The notes under the pieces were generated by a model. It was given only the letters and a program-made list of their open reading frames with translations, was not told where the DNA came from and did no database searches. A stretch of 64,000 nt of DNA, taken from assembly GCF_006345805.1 (NCBI RefSeq), contig NC_042998.1, forward strand, positions 162,502,001-162,566,000, written 5' to 3'. The first letter of the stretch is position 1. Every line of letters begins with the position of its first letter. The DNA is from Octopus sinensis. Its lineage: Eukaryota. Made by a program: the position numbers and the translations under genes. Positions 38,646 through 50,933 of the stretch are shown here, piece by piece.

Positions 38646-39859
38646 TTTTGCTGAAATCTTTTAACCATTTCAAAATAAGAACTTGAAATTGAGTAGTAAT
38701 AATTCCTTGACATAGCAGTTATTCTTCACAAATCGAAATTATAAATTGTATACCAGAATTGAACTATTTTCTGGAGGTCATTGTAACTTCCTTCTATTTG
38801 TTGGATACATTAAAAACAGAGAATATCTAAAACAAGATTACAGAGAAACTGTGATGTGGTGATGGGGATAATTAGTACTTTGTACTAGAGAATTCAACAG
38901 TCATGGAGTCACCTTGGTTTTTATAGTAACAGCTTATTCTTGCTCTGGGATCTTTCTGCAGAGACATACAGCAATGGCATCAGTTTCTATGTTTTTCCAA
39001 ATAGCTAACTAACAATTTAAACAAGTGAAATTCAGTTGCGCTATGTATCTAAGATAAATTTATCTGTAAATTTCATTGAACATAACACGAAATATCTTTA
39101 AAAGTTTCCATAAAATTTTAGAAATTTAGTTAAGTTTCTTTTCAGAATTCCCAGTTTTTTGTTATTTTTTTGTTTTTATATTCTTTGTCTTTTCCTAAAC
39201 AACAAAACTGGAATTTATTAGAATGTTTTAAAGTTATAAAAATAAAATGCTTCCAAGTGTATGAAGACTTTATTTTCTTTAACACATTTAAAATCAATAC
39301 GCATGGACTGTTAAATAAAGTGCAAGCATTTTTTTTTTGTTTTTGTTTTTGTTATTTTTTTACACATGGATGGCTATGGGATACATTTATTTTTTCTATT
39401 TTACTTTATTTATTTTATTTCATGAGTTATTTCAAGAAGTGAGAAGGGTCCATAGAAGCTATACAAACTGCAATGTTAGATGTACTACTTCTTTATACCA
39501 CTTTAGAAGCAGTGAAGAGAGCAACCATTCTGAAGATTTTCTGAAAAGAAAAAAGAAAAAAGAAAAATATATCTTCATAGTTTGATTAGATGTTTCCTTA
39601 TCAAGCATTTACTGCTTCAGATGCCTTTGTCTTACAGAGTAACAAAAATATCCAATGACACAGGACAAATATATAACTGTTTGTTTCTTTGCTTATATAT
39701 TTGAATTGCTTGCTATTTGATATAGTTTTGTGTTGATTTAGTTCCTGTAGCACAACAAATTGGGAAGATTACTTAGAGAAAATATTATAGGGGGTAAGAG
39801 GTTTTAGAAAACTTTCTCGGAGCTATAAATATATTCTTGCATTTTATAGAAAAACCATG

Positions 39860-40075
39860 TAGTGTCGTCATCATAATCATCATCGTCATCGTTATCATTG
39901 TTGTCATCATCATCACCATCTCCATCATCATTGGTGTTGTCATCATCATCATCTTCATTGTCATTGTCATCATCATCGACATTATCATCATCATCAGCAG
40001 CAGCAGTAGCATCATCATCATCACTGTCGACATTGTCGTCGTCATCATCATCATCATCATCATTATCATAATTTT
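39860..40075. repeat. (CAT/CGT)n array
   Basis: Visible; source of the poly-Met/poly-Ile ORFs. Confidence 0.9.
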
Positions 40076-41044
40076 AACATCCATTTTTCCATGCTTGTAT
40101 GGGGCAGATGGAACTTGTTGCGGTAGATTTACAAACAGTCAGATGTCGTTCCTGTCACCAAGTCTTACCGTTTCAAAGCAAGCTAATATATATCACCAAG
40201 GCCGCAGCTGAGGCTGACTTTGTTCTTTCATTCTTTTGTGATCAATAAACTAAGTACCAGTTAAGCACTGGGGGTCGAGGCAATTGGCTTAACACCTGCC
40301 CCAAACTTGCTGGCCTTGTGCCAAAATTTAAAACCAATGTTTTACCAAGGCTGGGTGTGTTTTCACAGAAGACTAAAAATGAGAGATTGTTTGTATGATA
40401 AAAATCTTGACACTCGTTCATAACAATCACGTGATGTCGAAACAAGGAGACTCAAACACAGAGACACACACCCATGCACATAAACAAACATACATGCATA
40501 CATACTTACAGAAGTTTGTCATTTAAGTATATATGAGCCTGTCTAGATATGCAAGTATATGCACTAGAAGACAAACATAAAACAAAACATACAAATCTGC
40601 ATGTAAACATACATACATACCCTGTTGTTGATGTTGAAATTCCAATGAAGGAACCTTGGGTCTAGGTTAGAAACTAGCTCTTTCTCTATTGGCAAGAAAT
40701 CTTGAAATAAAACTGAATATTGACATACATATGTATGCATATACCAAAACAAACAAGGGGTTATTTTAAGTTTCCATCAACCAAATAAACCCACAAGGCT
40801 TTGGTCAGCCCAGCATTTGCCCAAGGTGCCATACAACAAGACTGAACTCAAAACTGTGGTTGAGATAAGATAAGATGTTTGGTGGTAGATGCAATGATGT
40901 GAAGTGGAAGAGCAACTGAAGAGAGTAAATAGATTTAAAAATATAGAATTGGTAAACAATTTTAATTCCCTGAATATCTATCTTTCAAAAAATACACAAG
41001 TTGAGAAGATAAGACAGCCTTTGTGAAATTAACTGAGGCACAAG

Positions 41045-42122
41045 TATTTGACCATCCCAATTAAGTGTTTGATCAGGACAACAACATCAATAGCCATTAG
41101 AACAAAGAGTTTGACTATGAGGACAAAATGTCAGATTATAGTGACAAAGCATTTGATCATGTTGAGGAAGGATTCGGCCATGTTGACAAAGAGTTTGAAC
41201 ATGACAACATCTTTGAACATTACAGCAAAGAGTCTGACCATAACAACAAAGAATTTGACAATGACAACAAAGAGTTTGACCAACATGACAAAAAGTTTGA
41301 CCATCATGGCAAAGAATTTGAACATGACAACAGAGTATATTATGTACATTATTTACAATTGATGGATATTTGTCCTCATCTTGTTTGTTGTTAACACAAC
41401 GTTTTGTCTGGGCATATGGCGTAGTGGTTAAGAGCGTGGGCTACAAACTCCAAGATTCTGAGTTTGATTCCAATCAGTGACCTGTATAATAATAATAATA
41501 ATGATAATAATGATAATAATAATAATAATAATAACATCGAAAAATACTTTAGGAATGAGAACCCAGGTTCAAAATTTCCCCAAGACACCTGATGAAGGCT
41601 GGAGGGTAAATCAGCCAAAACATTGTGTTAACAACAAACAAGATGAGGACAAATATCCGTCAATTGTAAATAATGTATGTAATTCCTCATCTCTTAAATA
41701 TAGAGCTGTATGACAACAGAGATTTGACCATGTTGATTAAGTGTTTGGTCATAGCAACAAAACGTTTAGCCATGACAACAATAAGTTTGACCACAATGAC
41801 AAATGGTGTGAGTATCATGGCATTGACTTTGATCAGTCTAACGATGAGTTTAATGATGATGACAAAGTGTTTGATCATGTGATGAAGAATTCAGCTGCGT
41901 TGACGAAGAGTTTGAACATAACAACAAATACTTAGACCATTATGACAAAGAGATTGACCATCACAACAAAGAGTTTGACCATGCTGATTTAGAGTTTGGC
42001 CATATAACAATGAGTTTGATCACACTGATTTTGACCAATCTGACAATGAGTTTCATGATGATGACATTGAGTTTGACCATAACAACAAAAAGTATGCCCA
42101 TTACAACGAGTTTGACCATCAG
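41045..42122 (+). repeat. Diverged 21-bp tandem array (consensus about GACAACAAAGAGTTTGACCAT), roughly 30-35 units, split by a SINE insertion
   Basis: TTTGACCAT/TTTGAACAT/TTTGATCAT recur at about 21-nt spacing on both sides of 41336-41709. One frame reads DNKEFDH-like heptads. Confidence 0.85.
41324..41721 (+). mobile_element. Family H SINE with 5' inverted tail segment and 12-bp TSD
   Basis: TSD ATGACAACAGAG at 41324-41335 and 41710-41721. 41336-41410 is the reverse complement of the element's own 3' tail. It is followed by a tRNA-like head GGCATATGGCGTAGTGGTTAAG...GAGTTTGATTCC, (AAT)n, and the HHR motif at 41584-41629. Confidence 0.88.
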
Positions 42123-42419
42123 TGTTCTAAGACAAAGTTTGTTTTCTTCAAATTCTTTGAATGAATGCTATTTATGAATCTCAATTTATTAATGGTAAAA
42201 CATGCTTGTGTAAAAATAATTTTCAGCTTTTGACAATCCTTTAAAATAAAGAAGAAAGAAATGATGGTGACAATGATGGCAATTTTCCAATTGATATCAA
42301 TAATTTGTCTTTCTTTAGAATTTTCTGTTTTACTTTTTTTAAATTTCGTCTTTCATGGTAATTATATCTTAAATTATGTATCAGAATGGCCACAGCTCCT
42401 AGCTCAAACTAGTAAAACT

Positions 42420-42443
42420 TTACACACACAACACACACACACG

Positions 42444-42509
<66 letters not shown>

Positions 42510-42684
42510 CAAACATACATATATATGTGTATATATATATGCATATATATTTATGTTTGTATGTATGCACATATATGTATATATTTTTTGTATATATATA
42601 TACATGCACACACACACACATATATATGTATATACATATATATATATATATATATAGACATATATATATGTATATACATTCATA

Positions 42685-42742
<58 letters not shown>

Positions 42743-42882
42743 ATATATGCATATATATATATATGCATATATATTTACAGGTTTGTTTGTGTGTGTGTAT
42801 ATATACATATGTATTCTATAAATAATAATACTTTTTTACAGAATCTTCACTCATCGCCATTCCTTAATTCAAAGCAGAATAT

Positions 42883-42935
<53 letters not shown>

Positions 42936-42966
42936 CATACATACCTGCATACGTACATATATATGT

Positions 42967-43008
<42 letters not shown>

Positions 43009-43020
43009 ACTCACACACAT
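42420..43020. repeat. Compound (CA)n/(TA)n microsatellite block
   Basis: Visible. Confidence 0.95.
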
Positions 43021-43149
43021 AAAAATAAAATCAAGTTTATACTATAGTTTCTACATGCATTTCACAATTAGAACTGTCTGAAACTCAGCAATAGGGGATT
43101 CTAGTGCATTTAGATACTTAGGCAGAAAGGATCATCTGGGAAGATTGTG

Positions 43150-44137
43150 CAGGGTGCATAAGGTATTTGAGGACATACATTTTTTGGGTCATTGCTGCAT
43201 TTTTTGCTAACTCTGTATAATCTTTGTTTCAGAAAATAATAATGGCAGACCCTCAGCTTACTCGAGAAATAAAGAGGCATGCTGTTATTATGGTTATAAA
43301 GGCTGAGAGCATAGCAATTATGAAATATCACGATTTTTAAAAGTTGCTAGATCTTTCATCTACAAAGTTTGTAAGGAGCTAGAGACTGAAGATGGAAACG
43401 TATCACCAATATCAAGGCATAAAAAGCATTCTAAACACTCTGAAATCATCAGAACACCCGAATTTATCCAGCAAGTTCAACCGACCATTGATTACAGTCA
43501 CAGAAAGTCCATGAGGTCAATTATAAAAGATCTCCATGTGTCAGAAGGAACAGACAGAAATGTTGTCCATAAAGACATCAGATATAAGTCCTCTTTACTT
43601 CTTTCCCCAAAGCCTTAGAGTTAACTCTGCCACTTACATTGAGGTCCTGGAAATAATTCTTAAGCTCTCCATAGACAGTATATGTAATGGAAGGTCATAT
43701 GTGTTTCAATAAAACTCTGCACTATCACACATGGCTCTAGTAACATAGGAATGGATGGCTGAAAATTTTCATGATCACATATCCCTTAACATTTGGCCTC
43801 CTAATTACCCAGATCTCAGTCCATTGGACTATTATATGTGGAGAGTTATTGAGAGAGAAGTCAATGATCATGCCCATAACACCAAAGATTCTATGAAAGC
43901 TGCCATAGTCAGAATAATGTCCAAAATGAACAAGGACCAACTGATTCGAGCATGTAGATGATTTAGATCTCATATAGAAGCAGTTGTTGAAGCTGAAGGT
44001 GGCTTTATTGAATAACATTATAGAAACGAAGGTTTATTTTTATCTTCATAGCATTTTTGAGAAATAAAGTTATTATCTGTTATTACATAACTGTTTTTAT
44101 AAAAATAAATCTGTCTCCAAATATCTTACGCACCCTG
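43150..44137 (+). mobile_element. Tc1/mariner DNA transposon, internally deleted, transposase pseudogene 43242-44015
   Basis: TIRs CAGGGTGCATAAGGTATTTG / CAAATATCTTACGCACCCTG|TA. Relic translation: MADPQLTREIKRHAV..., YVFQ*NSALSH, WPPNYPDLSPLDYYMW, IEAVVEAEGGFIE*. Confidence 0.9.
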
Positions 44138-44149
44138 TATTGTATTAAG

Positions 44150-44550
44150 TTAGGCATGGGTGTGTGGCATCTTGGGCAAGTGTCTTCTACTACAGCTTCA
44201 GGTCAACCAAAGCCTTGTGAATGGATTTGGTAGACAGAAACTGAAAGAAGCCCATCATGTATATATATATATACACACACACACACACATATATATATAC
44301 ATACATATATGTGTGTGTTTGTGTGTGTGTCTTATTGTTTGCATTTGTCCCCCCACCACTGCTTGACAACCAGTGTTGGTCTGTTTATATCCCTGTAACT
44401 TAGCAGTTTGGTAAAAGAGAGTCATAGAATAAATACCAGGCTTAACAAATATTAGTACTGGGGTCAAATTGTTCGACTAAAACCCTTCAAGGCAATGATT
44501 CAGTATGGCTGCAGTCAAATGATTGAAACAAGTACAAGAACAAAAGAATA
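44150..44550 (+). mobile_element. SINE family A
   Basis: Internally deleted head, (TA/CA)n spacer and complete tail. Confidence 0.85.
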
Positions 44551-44994
44551 ACTATGCTGAAATATTTTGATTAAGTGAGAACATATTTGGCCATTGAGTT
44601 ATTCATTGTTTAAAGAACTGAGGCAAATATCACCTTAATTACTAGCAGTTGCAGGTGGGTGACAAGAAGAGCTGCCAGCTCTAGAAAGATCTGCATCAGT
44701 ACATGTTATCCGACTCATGCAGACATTGAAAAGTGGATGTTAAAATGAAGACAGTCGCAGAAGAGGTAACAAGTATCATGTATGTACATGTATGTGTATG
44801 ATTAAATATGTATATAGGTGCAGTCATGGCTGTGTGGTAAGAGGTCTGCTCTCCAACAACATGGTTCTGGGTTCAGTCCTACTGCATTGCACCTTGGGTA
44901 AGTGTCTTCTACTACAGCTTCAGGTCGACCAAAGCCTTGTGAGTGGATTTGGTAGACAGAAACTGAAAGAAACCTGTTATATATGATTCAGCAC

Positions 44995-45452
44995 TCTGAG
45001 CTTAAAAAGGTCTGTTGCAAAGGAACAATTGGAAGTGAAGTCAACAGTGAACATTAGATATGTATTATATGTGACTGTGTTCTGTTGTCAAAAGCAGGAT
45101 ATATGAATCCTATGAAATCACATGAAAATTGAAATGCCCAGGTAGATAACGATCTTGAACCCCAACCCTCTCTTATGACTTGTGCCATATGTCACAAAAC
45201 TTGTAAGACAATATATGGATTTAAAAGACATATGCTAGTTCACAAAGACATTCCTTCAGAATCAGATTCCAAACAGCAAAGACGTAGAAGAAAATTAAAT
45301 AATATCTGTCACTTGTGTTTTAAACCCTGTCAGTCAGCAGCTGGTCTTAAAAGTCATCAAAGGGCTCATCAATGGAGGGATTGTGCTGCGTGATGGGGTG
45401 TGGTTTGAGTGTTGATGGGATGGCTATCATCTCTCAAGATGAAGCAATCATC
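44995..45452 (+). mobile_element. LINE (probably RTE-type) 3' end encoding tandem C2H2 zinc fingers, decayed
   Basis: One frame: ELKKVCCKG...EH*I CIICDCVLLSKAGYMNPMKSH EN* ... CAICHKTCKTIYGFKRHMLVH ... CHLCFKPCQSAAGLKSHQRAH...*. There are no TGEKP linkers. It ends in a GATGAAGCAATCATCAT tail. Confidence 0.65.
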
Positions 45453-45899
45453 ATATATATGTGTAGGGGGAGGTGTCAGTGTTTGTTCTCCACCACCACT
45501 TGGCAACAGGTATTGGTTTGTTTACATCTCTGTAACTTAGCAGTCTAGCAAAAGAGACTGAAACAATCAGGCTTGCAAAAAAAAAAAAAAGAATCAGTAC
45601 TGGAGTTATTTGTTCGAGTAAAAATTTCTCAAGGCAGTGCTCCAGCATGGTTGCAGTCTAATGACTGAAACACATGAAAAATAAAATATAAAAGATATGT
45701 TTGTGTTTGTTTGTTTGTGTGTGTGTGTGTGTGTGTGTAGCAGAGCATTTAGTCAAATGGGAGCTTACTTGCAATGTTGCTAAGAGTTTCTCATTTATAC
45801 TCATCAGGCATTTTTCTGGCCATCATCCAATGCATCTAATTTGAAGAGCATATGGTGTGACTATTGATATCAGGCATAACACAAGCGCTGTAATGGCCA

Positions 45900-46075
45900 C
45901 TACTGCGACTGTCATCACGATGATTATCACTACCACCACCTTCACCAACAATATTAATATCACATCACCACCATCACCACCACCATGATTATTATTCCTT
46001 CAGCCCATCATCACCAATATCAACATCACCATCGTCATCATCATCGTCATCGTCATCATCATCATCATCATCATC

Positions 46076-46113
<38 letters not shown>

Positions 46114-46880
46114 CACCCACCATCACCATCACCACCACCATGGTACTATTATCTCCAACACAATCACAAGTACCACTAACATGACAACCTCTGCCACCAC
46201 CACTACCACCATCATTCACCAGCATCACCATGACCAACCCAAACATCAACATCATCAACACCATCAATTTTACTATCAACACCACCACCACCGTCAGCAT
46301 AACTCACACAAACACTAACACCATGAACACCATCACCATCAATATTAATATCACCAACGGTGCTTCCACCACCACCCCCACCAGTATTAACCACTATGAC
46401 TTGGCCAATCTCTGAGACCACCACCATCACCACCAACAACACTACCACTAGCATCAACACCTGTACTACCATTGTGATCACTAACAGCATCACCCCCAAC
46501 ACCTCCATCACCCACCTCACCCACACCCAACCCCATCAACAGCAACAACAACAACAACAAAACTATGTATCTCCACTAATTCTTTAATTTAAACAGTCAA
46601 AGCCATTTATTGCCATGTTTATGACACACCTATCAATTAGCCTCACTGGGCCTCATCTGCCACACTGACCTTCTTGGCTACTTGACACAACTGCTTACAC
46701 CCTCACACATATGCACACACACATATACATACATATATACACATACACTACCATGACCACTACCCACAGCACTTCCGCCACCAAGACCATCACCAACATC
46801 ACCACCACCACCATGATCACCACCACCACATTCGCCACCACCATCACCATTGCTATCAGCAGTATCACTACTATGACCAA
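45900..46880. repeat. Long degenerate (CAY/ACC)n low-complexity arrays
   Basis: Two blocks (45900-46560 and 46750-46880) that generate Thr/His/Ile-rich and Val/Met-rich ORFs. Confidence 0.85.
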
Positions 46881-47743
46881 ATCAATCACTAAGACTATGG
46901 CCACATACAGTCACCTACAACACAGAAACACACTCACACATGCGCAGATGTGTGAGGCAGACACATGCTATGCCAAGACTAGCCAGCACACCTCAGCCAA
47001 CCACTAATATGAATAAATTACCTCATCAAAGACATCAATTTATTGGTGTCCTGATCAAGTTAAAGTTGAAAACTTGTTCTAAGCCAGAATACCAACAACC
47101 TTCATCCCCACTCTTGCCAATGTAGAGATCAATAAATAATTAAATGAAAATAAATAATGAATAAATCTATTGATAACTTAGTGGCAACAAAAATACTGAA
47201 TATAATCTATGTAACAGAACTATATTTAAAATTCGTTTTATTTCTCAAAAAACTGCATTTGTTTTTCATGCTATGAATTTACCACTTGTTCTTGCTATAG
47301 GCTGGCCAGTTGTGGCTATCACTGGTTAGCCTTAGTCAGCCCTGACTAGAGCTCTGGTGAGCCATGACTGACTAAAACCATGATCTAATCACTGTGTGTG
47401 CATATATGAATACATAATGAGAGAAAAAAAAGAGTATTTCTTTAATTACATCTGTTACATATGGTTCAGAATCTGATAATTAATTAATCATGTCACCAGT
47501 AATGCAATCCATAGATGAAACTTATTAAGTGCAGTGTAGATAATCAAACCAACAACTCCTCAGGCAGAGATGATATATATGTGTGTATTTTTATGTATGT
47601 ATGTATGTATGTATGTATGTATGTGTATGTATGTATGTATGTATGTATGTATGTATATGTGTATATATATACATATAGAGAAATTTATATCTTTATTATA
47701 GATCTCGGCTTATTAAGCCGACATTGTTTCTATTACATTACCA

Positions 47744-47776
<33 letters not shown>

Positions 47777-48105
47777 GTGTGTGTGTGTGTATGTATGTAT
47801 GTACGTATGACTGGAGCCTGCTGCAGCCTCCTGGCTTCCCAGACCCCGGTCAAACCGTCCAACCCATACTAGCATGGAAAACGGACGTTAAACGATGATG
47901 ATGATGATGATATATATATATATATATGTATGAAATATCATTAAAATTAATATTAATATTTCCTAAAATATATGTTAACACAATGTTATTAAGGCATTCC
48001 AGAATTAGTGAAATTGAAATTGAACGCCTGAGTTTTACCAGCAATAAAACACCTACAAAAAATTGCTTAAAACGAATTCAACTTAAGACATTGTTGTATT
48101 CAACT

Positions 48106-48348
48106 AATGGTTATGTCGGAGATGTACTTGCATAGCAAGTGATTTGATCTGAGATCGTGTGCTGAAATGGAAACAATTGCAGTGTGGAAGGTGTTCGTAA
48201 GCCATTTAAGAAACACACAAAAGCCGTTCGATTCACTTCAACATTTAAGTTTTGACAAATTAAACTTAAATGTTGAAGTGAATCAAACGGCTTTTGTGTG
48301 TTTCTTAATTGGCTTACAAACGACCTTCCACGCTGCAATGGTTATGTC
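48106..48348. mobile_element. Foldback insertion: 77-bp hairpin flanked by a 12-bp direct repeat
   Basis: Arms 48176-48252 and 48262-48339 differ by 4 substitutions and 1 indel; loop TGACAAATT. AATGGTTATGTC occurs at 48106-48117 and 48337-48348. Confidence 0.7.
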
Positions 48349-49699
48349 ATTGGATAACTAAAAAATTAGAAAAATAAAAAAATAAACTTATTTAAGAAAG
48401 GTCATTTTTGTATACAACTATTGATTATTAGAAACAGAGACTTTACATCACAACAATTAATTAGCTATTTATTACATTTATAAAAACCTTTTAGATAAAC
48501 TAATCTTGTTATATAATATATGAAAAACTTTTATAATTAAGGATTGAAATATTTGAATGTCTTTTGAAATTTATGGCAACATCTTATTGTAAAGTTTTAA
48601 TTAAAATTCAATAAAATTAATTTAGAAGTAATTATATAATACATTTCTTCAAGGCAAATATCACATTTATTATTACCAATATTTTATGATGGTACATAAC
48701 TAATAATGGACCATTTTAAATCATACTTAATGTTCCTATCTTTTAAATTCTAAATGCATTTACTAAGATTTGTAAATTAAGTTTTCTTCTATACTTAAAT
48801 GAATGAGAATAATTATGAAATCTAGGTTTCCAAATTGTAGCAGATGAAGCAATGTAATAATACTTACGATCTCTTGTTATTACCTTACACTGATAGACTA
48901 TACTTTTCCTTAAACATTGATTTTCTAAAGAGCATACAATTTTCTTTTTATAATTACACAGCCATTTATTTACTAATATTCAGTACTCATACTTCTGCTA
49001 GTTCTCCTCTCCAAATTCTGTTAATACTGAGTTCCAGGATTGTTAAATCCCTTTCTTTTTTTCATATATATATATAGGGAGAATTCACAAAAAAACAAAA
49101 GATGAAGACAGGTGGTGTAGACAACAAACAGATATATTAGTATAATGCTCAGGAAATGAAGAAGTCTTTCAAGCCTATGCTCTTCCACAGAAAGGAACAC
49201 AGAAAGAAACAAGGAGAGAAAATAAAGAATGTGTAGGAGCTAGCGATCTAGGTGGCTTGTTAACAATTGTTCAACTGAAAGGCAAAAATATTTACGTCAC
49301 TAAAGTGACTGAGAGCACTATTCAACACCAGTATTGCTAAAAATAAGTAGTCAAAACAACTCATAGCCACAATGAGCACTATCTTGTGTATATAATTAGA
49401 AGAAAAATGGAGTTTAAAAAATCCTGGCAGATATCAATAAAGCACTTAGTATTAAAAGAATTTGGTTACCAATGTTCAACACTTAGACACCAGCAAATGC
49501 AAGTAGAATACAGAGCCCAGGTAAATCCTCAAACAAGACAGGTGAATCCAAATATCCTTGGAAGAATTATAAGAAATTCAATATATTTGACAGCAAAAAT
49601 GCATATAGAGAAATTTACATCTTTATTATAGATCTTACCTTAATAAAGCCGACAATTGTTTCTATTGCATTAACACATATATGCATTGCCTTGATATAT

Positions 49700-49965
49700 A
49701 TATATCACGTGACCGACCAGACCATCAGATGCCGCTACACATCGCTGGTCACAATGCGTTCGCATTGTTTTAGCCTTCGAACGACGCCACCCCCTGCCAG
49801 AGCCTCGTGGAGCTTTTAGGTGTTTTCGCTCAATAAACACATACAATGCCCGGTCTGGGAATCGAAACCGCGATCCTATGACTGCGAGTCTGGTGCCCTA
49901 ACCACTGGGCCATTGCGCCTCCTGCTGCTGCTACTGATGATGATGATGATGATGATATAGCGATG
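49700..49965 (-). mobile_element. tRNA-derived SINE family E with tail Y, young
   Basis: Same head and body as 34910-35085, but a different CpG-rich 3' portion at 49700-49786. Confidence 0.85.
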
Positions 49966-49979
49966 ATGATATATGATGA

Positions 49980-50017
<38 letters not shown>

Positions 50018-50616
50018 AACTGGACATGTACAGTAAATATATTAATGTATCAGATTAATGTTCAGTGAAAGTTTTGGATGGAAAAAGTAGGAGTGATATT
50101 TCAAGCATGGCTCTTTGTCAGAAAGAGGAAAAGTTCAGAGAGGAGGAAAAGGAGAGAGGAAAACATAGTCTGGAAAAAGCACTTGTGTTGTTACATGGCC
50201 TGTGTATATGTATGTATAAATGTATTGCAATAATTTTATGCCTGACTTGCACTTCAAGAATGGAAAAAATAAGCCAAAATATTCAAATGCCTCACTGGCA
50301 GAAATGTTAAGGGTATGACTTCACTTGACCTCTTAATAAGCCTTGTGAATGTGTTTACTGAATAGAGATTAACCTGTGTACAAGATTTAGTCATCAGATT
50401 AAAGTAGTAGTTGTTTTAGTGGTCACTGTTCAGCCCCAGGTCAACCCTTTTTGACCAAACCTTATAATAAAAAATTACGCCAACCATAACCCTTACCATG
50501 CTATTCTTTTTAAAGGAATGTAGGATATATTACGTTATGTATCCTTTCTATTTCCCAAGATGGTGCGGGTGCAATTTGATGCTTATTTAGCCGTTATTTC
50601 TAGCACGTCTTGTGAA

Positions 50617-50933
50617 CACTGGTTCTCAACCAAGGGGTCCATATAAGATTTTTAGGAGTCCATGCTTGCAAAATAGTAAATTGAAACCCACACTGGTATT
50701 ATAAATGTCCATGTTTTGATTTTAATCTCTCTATTGCAAGAAACAGCTAGGCTTCTTTCACTAACATTTTACATAGTTCAACCTACACATGTTGATGTGT
50801 GAAAAACAAAAATAGGAAATTTGAAAGAAGTATTTTTAACACTAGTTTTTAAACATCAAATGTCGATGGGAGTCTACCAGAATAAAATAGTAATCAAAGG
50901 GATCTATAGATAAAAAGTATATGAGAATTACTG
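50617..50933. mobile_element. hAT (Charlie-like) MITE, degenerate
   Basis: Ends CACTGGTTCTCAACC and TATGAGAATTACTG resemble CAGTGGTTCTCAA TIRs; no clear 8-bp TSD. Confidence 0.5.

Noticed and set aside
41045-42122. CRISPR-like array
   Set aside because: Eukaryotic context, contiguous degenerate 21-bp units with no unique spacers and no cas genes.
45175-45393. Host C2H2 zinc-finger gene
   Set aside because: In-frame stops lie upstream in continuous ZF-like sequence, there are no TGEKP linkers, and an ATC-type tail follows; a LINE origin fits better.
49250-49600. Possible GIY-YIG endonuclease relic
   Set aside because: Only vague resemblance (IYV, SWQI); no frame retains enough motif to support a call.
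49861-49920. tRNA gene (also 41410-41470, 51313-51375, 62196-62260)
   Set aside because: A/B boxes are present but there is no complete cloverleaf or acceptor stem, and each continues into a repeated SINE body.
50065-50310. Charged ORF (KEEKFREEEKERGK)
   Set aside because: Explained by a purine-rich low-complexity run; no homology recognised.
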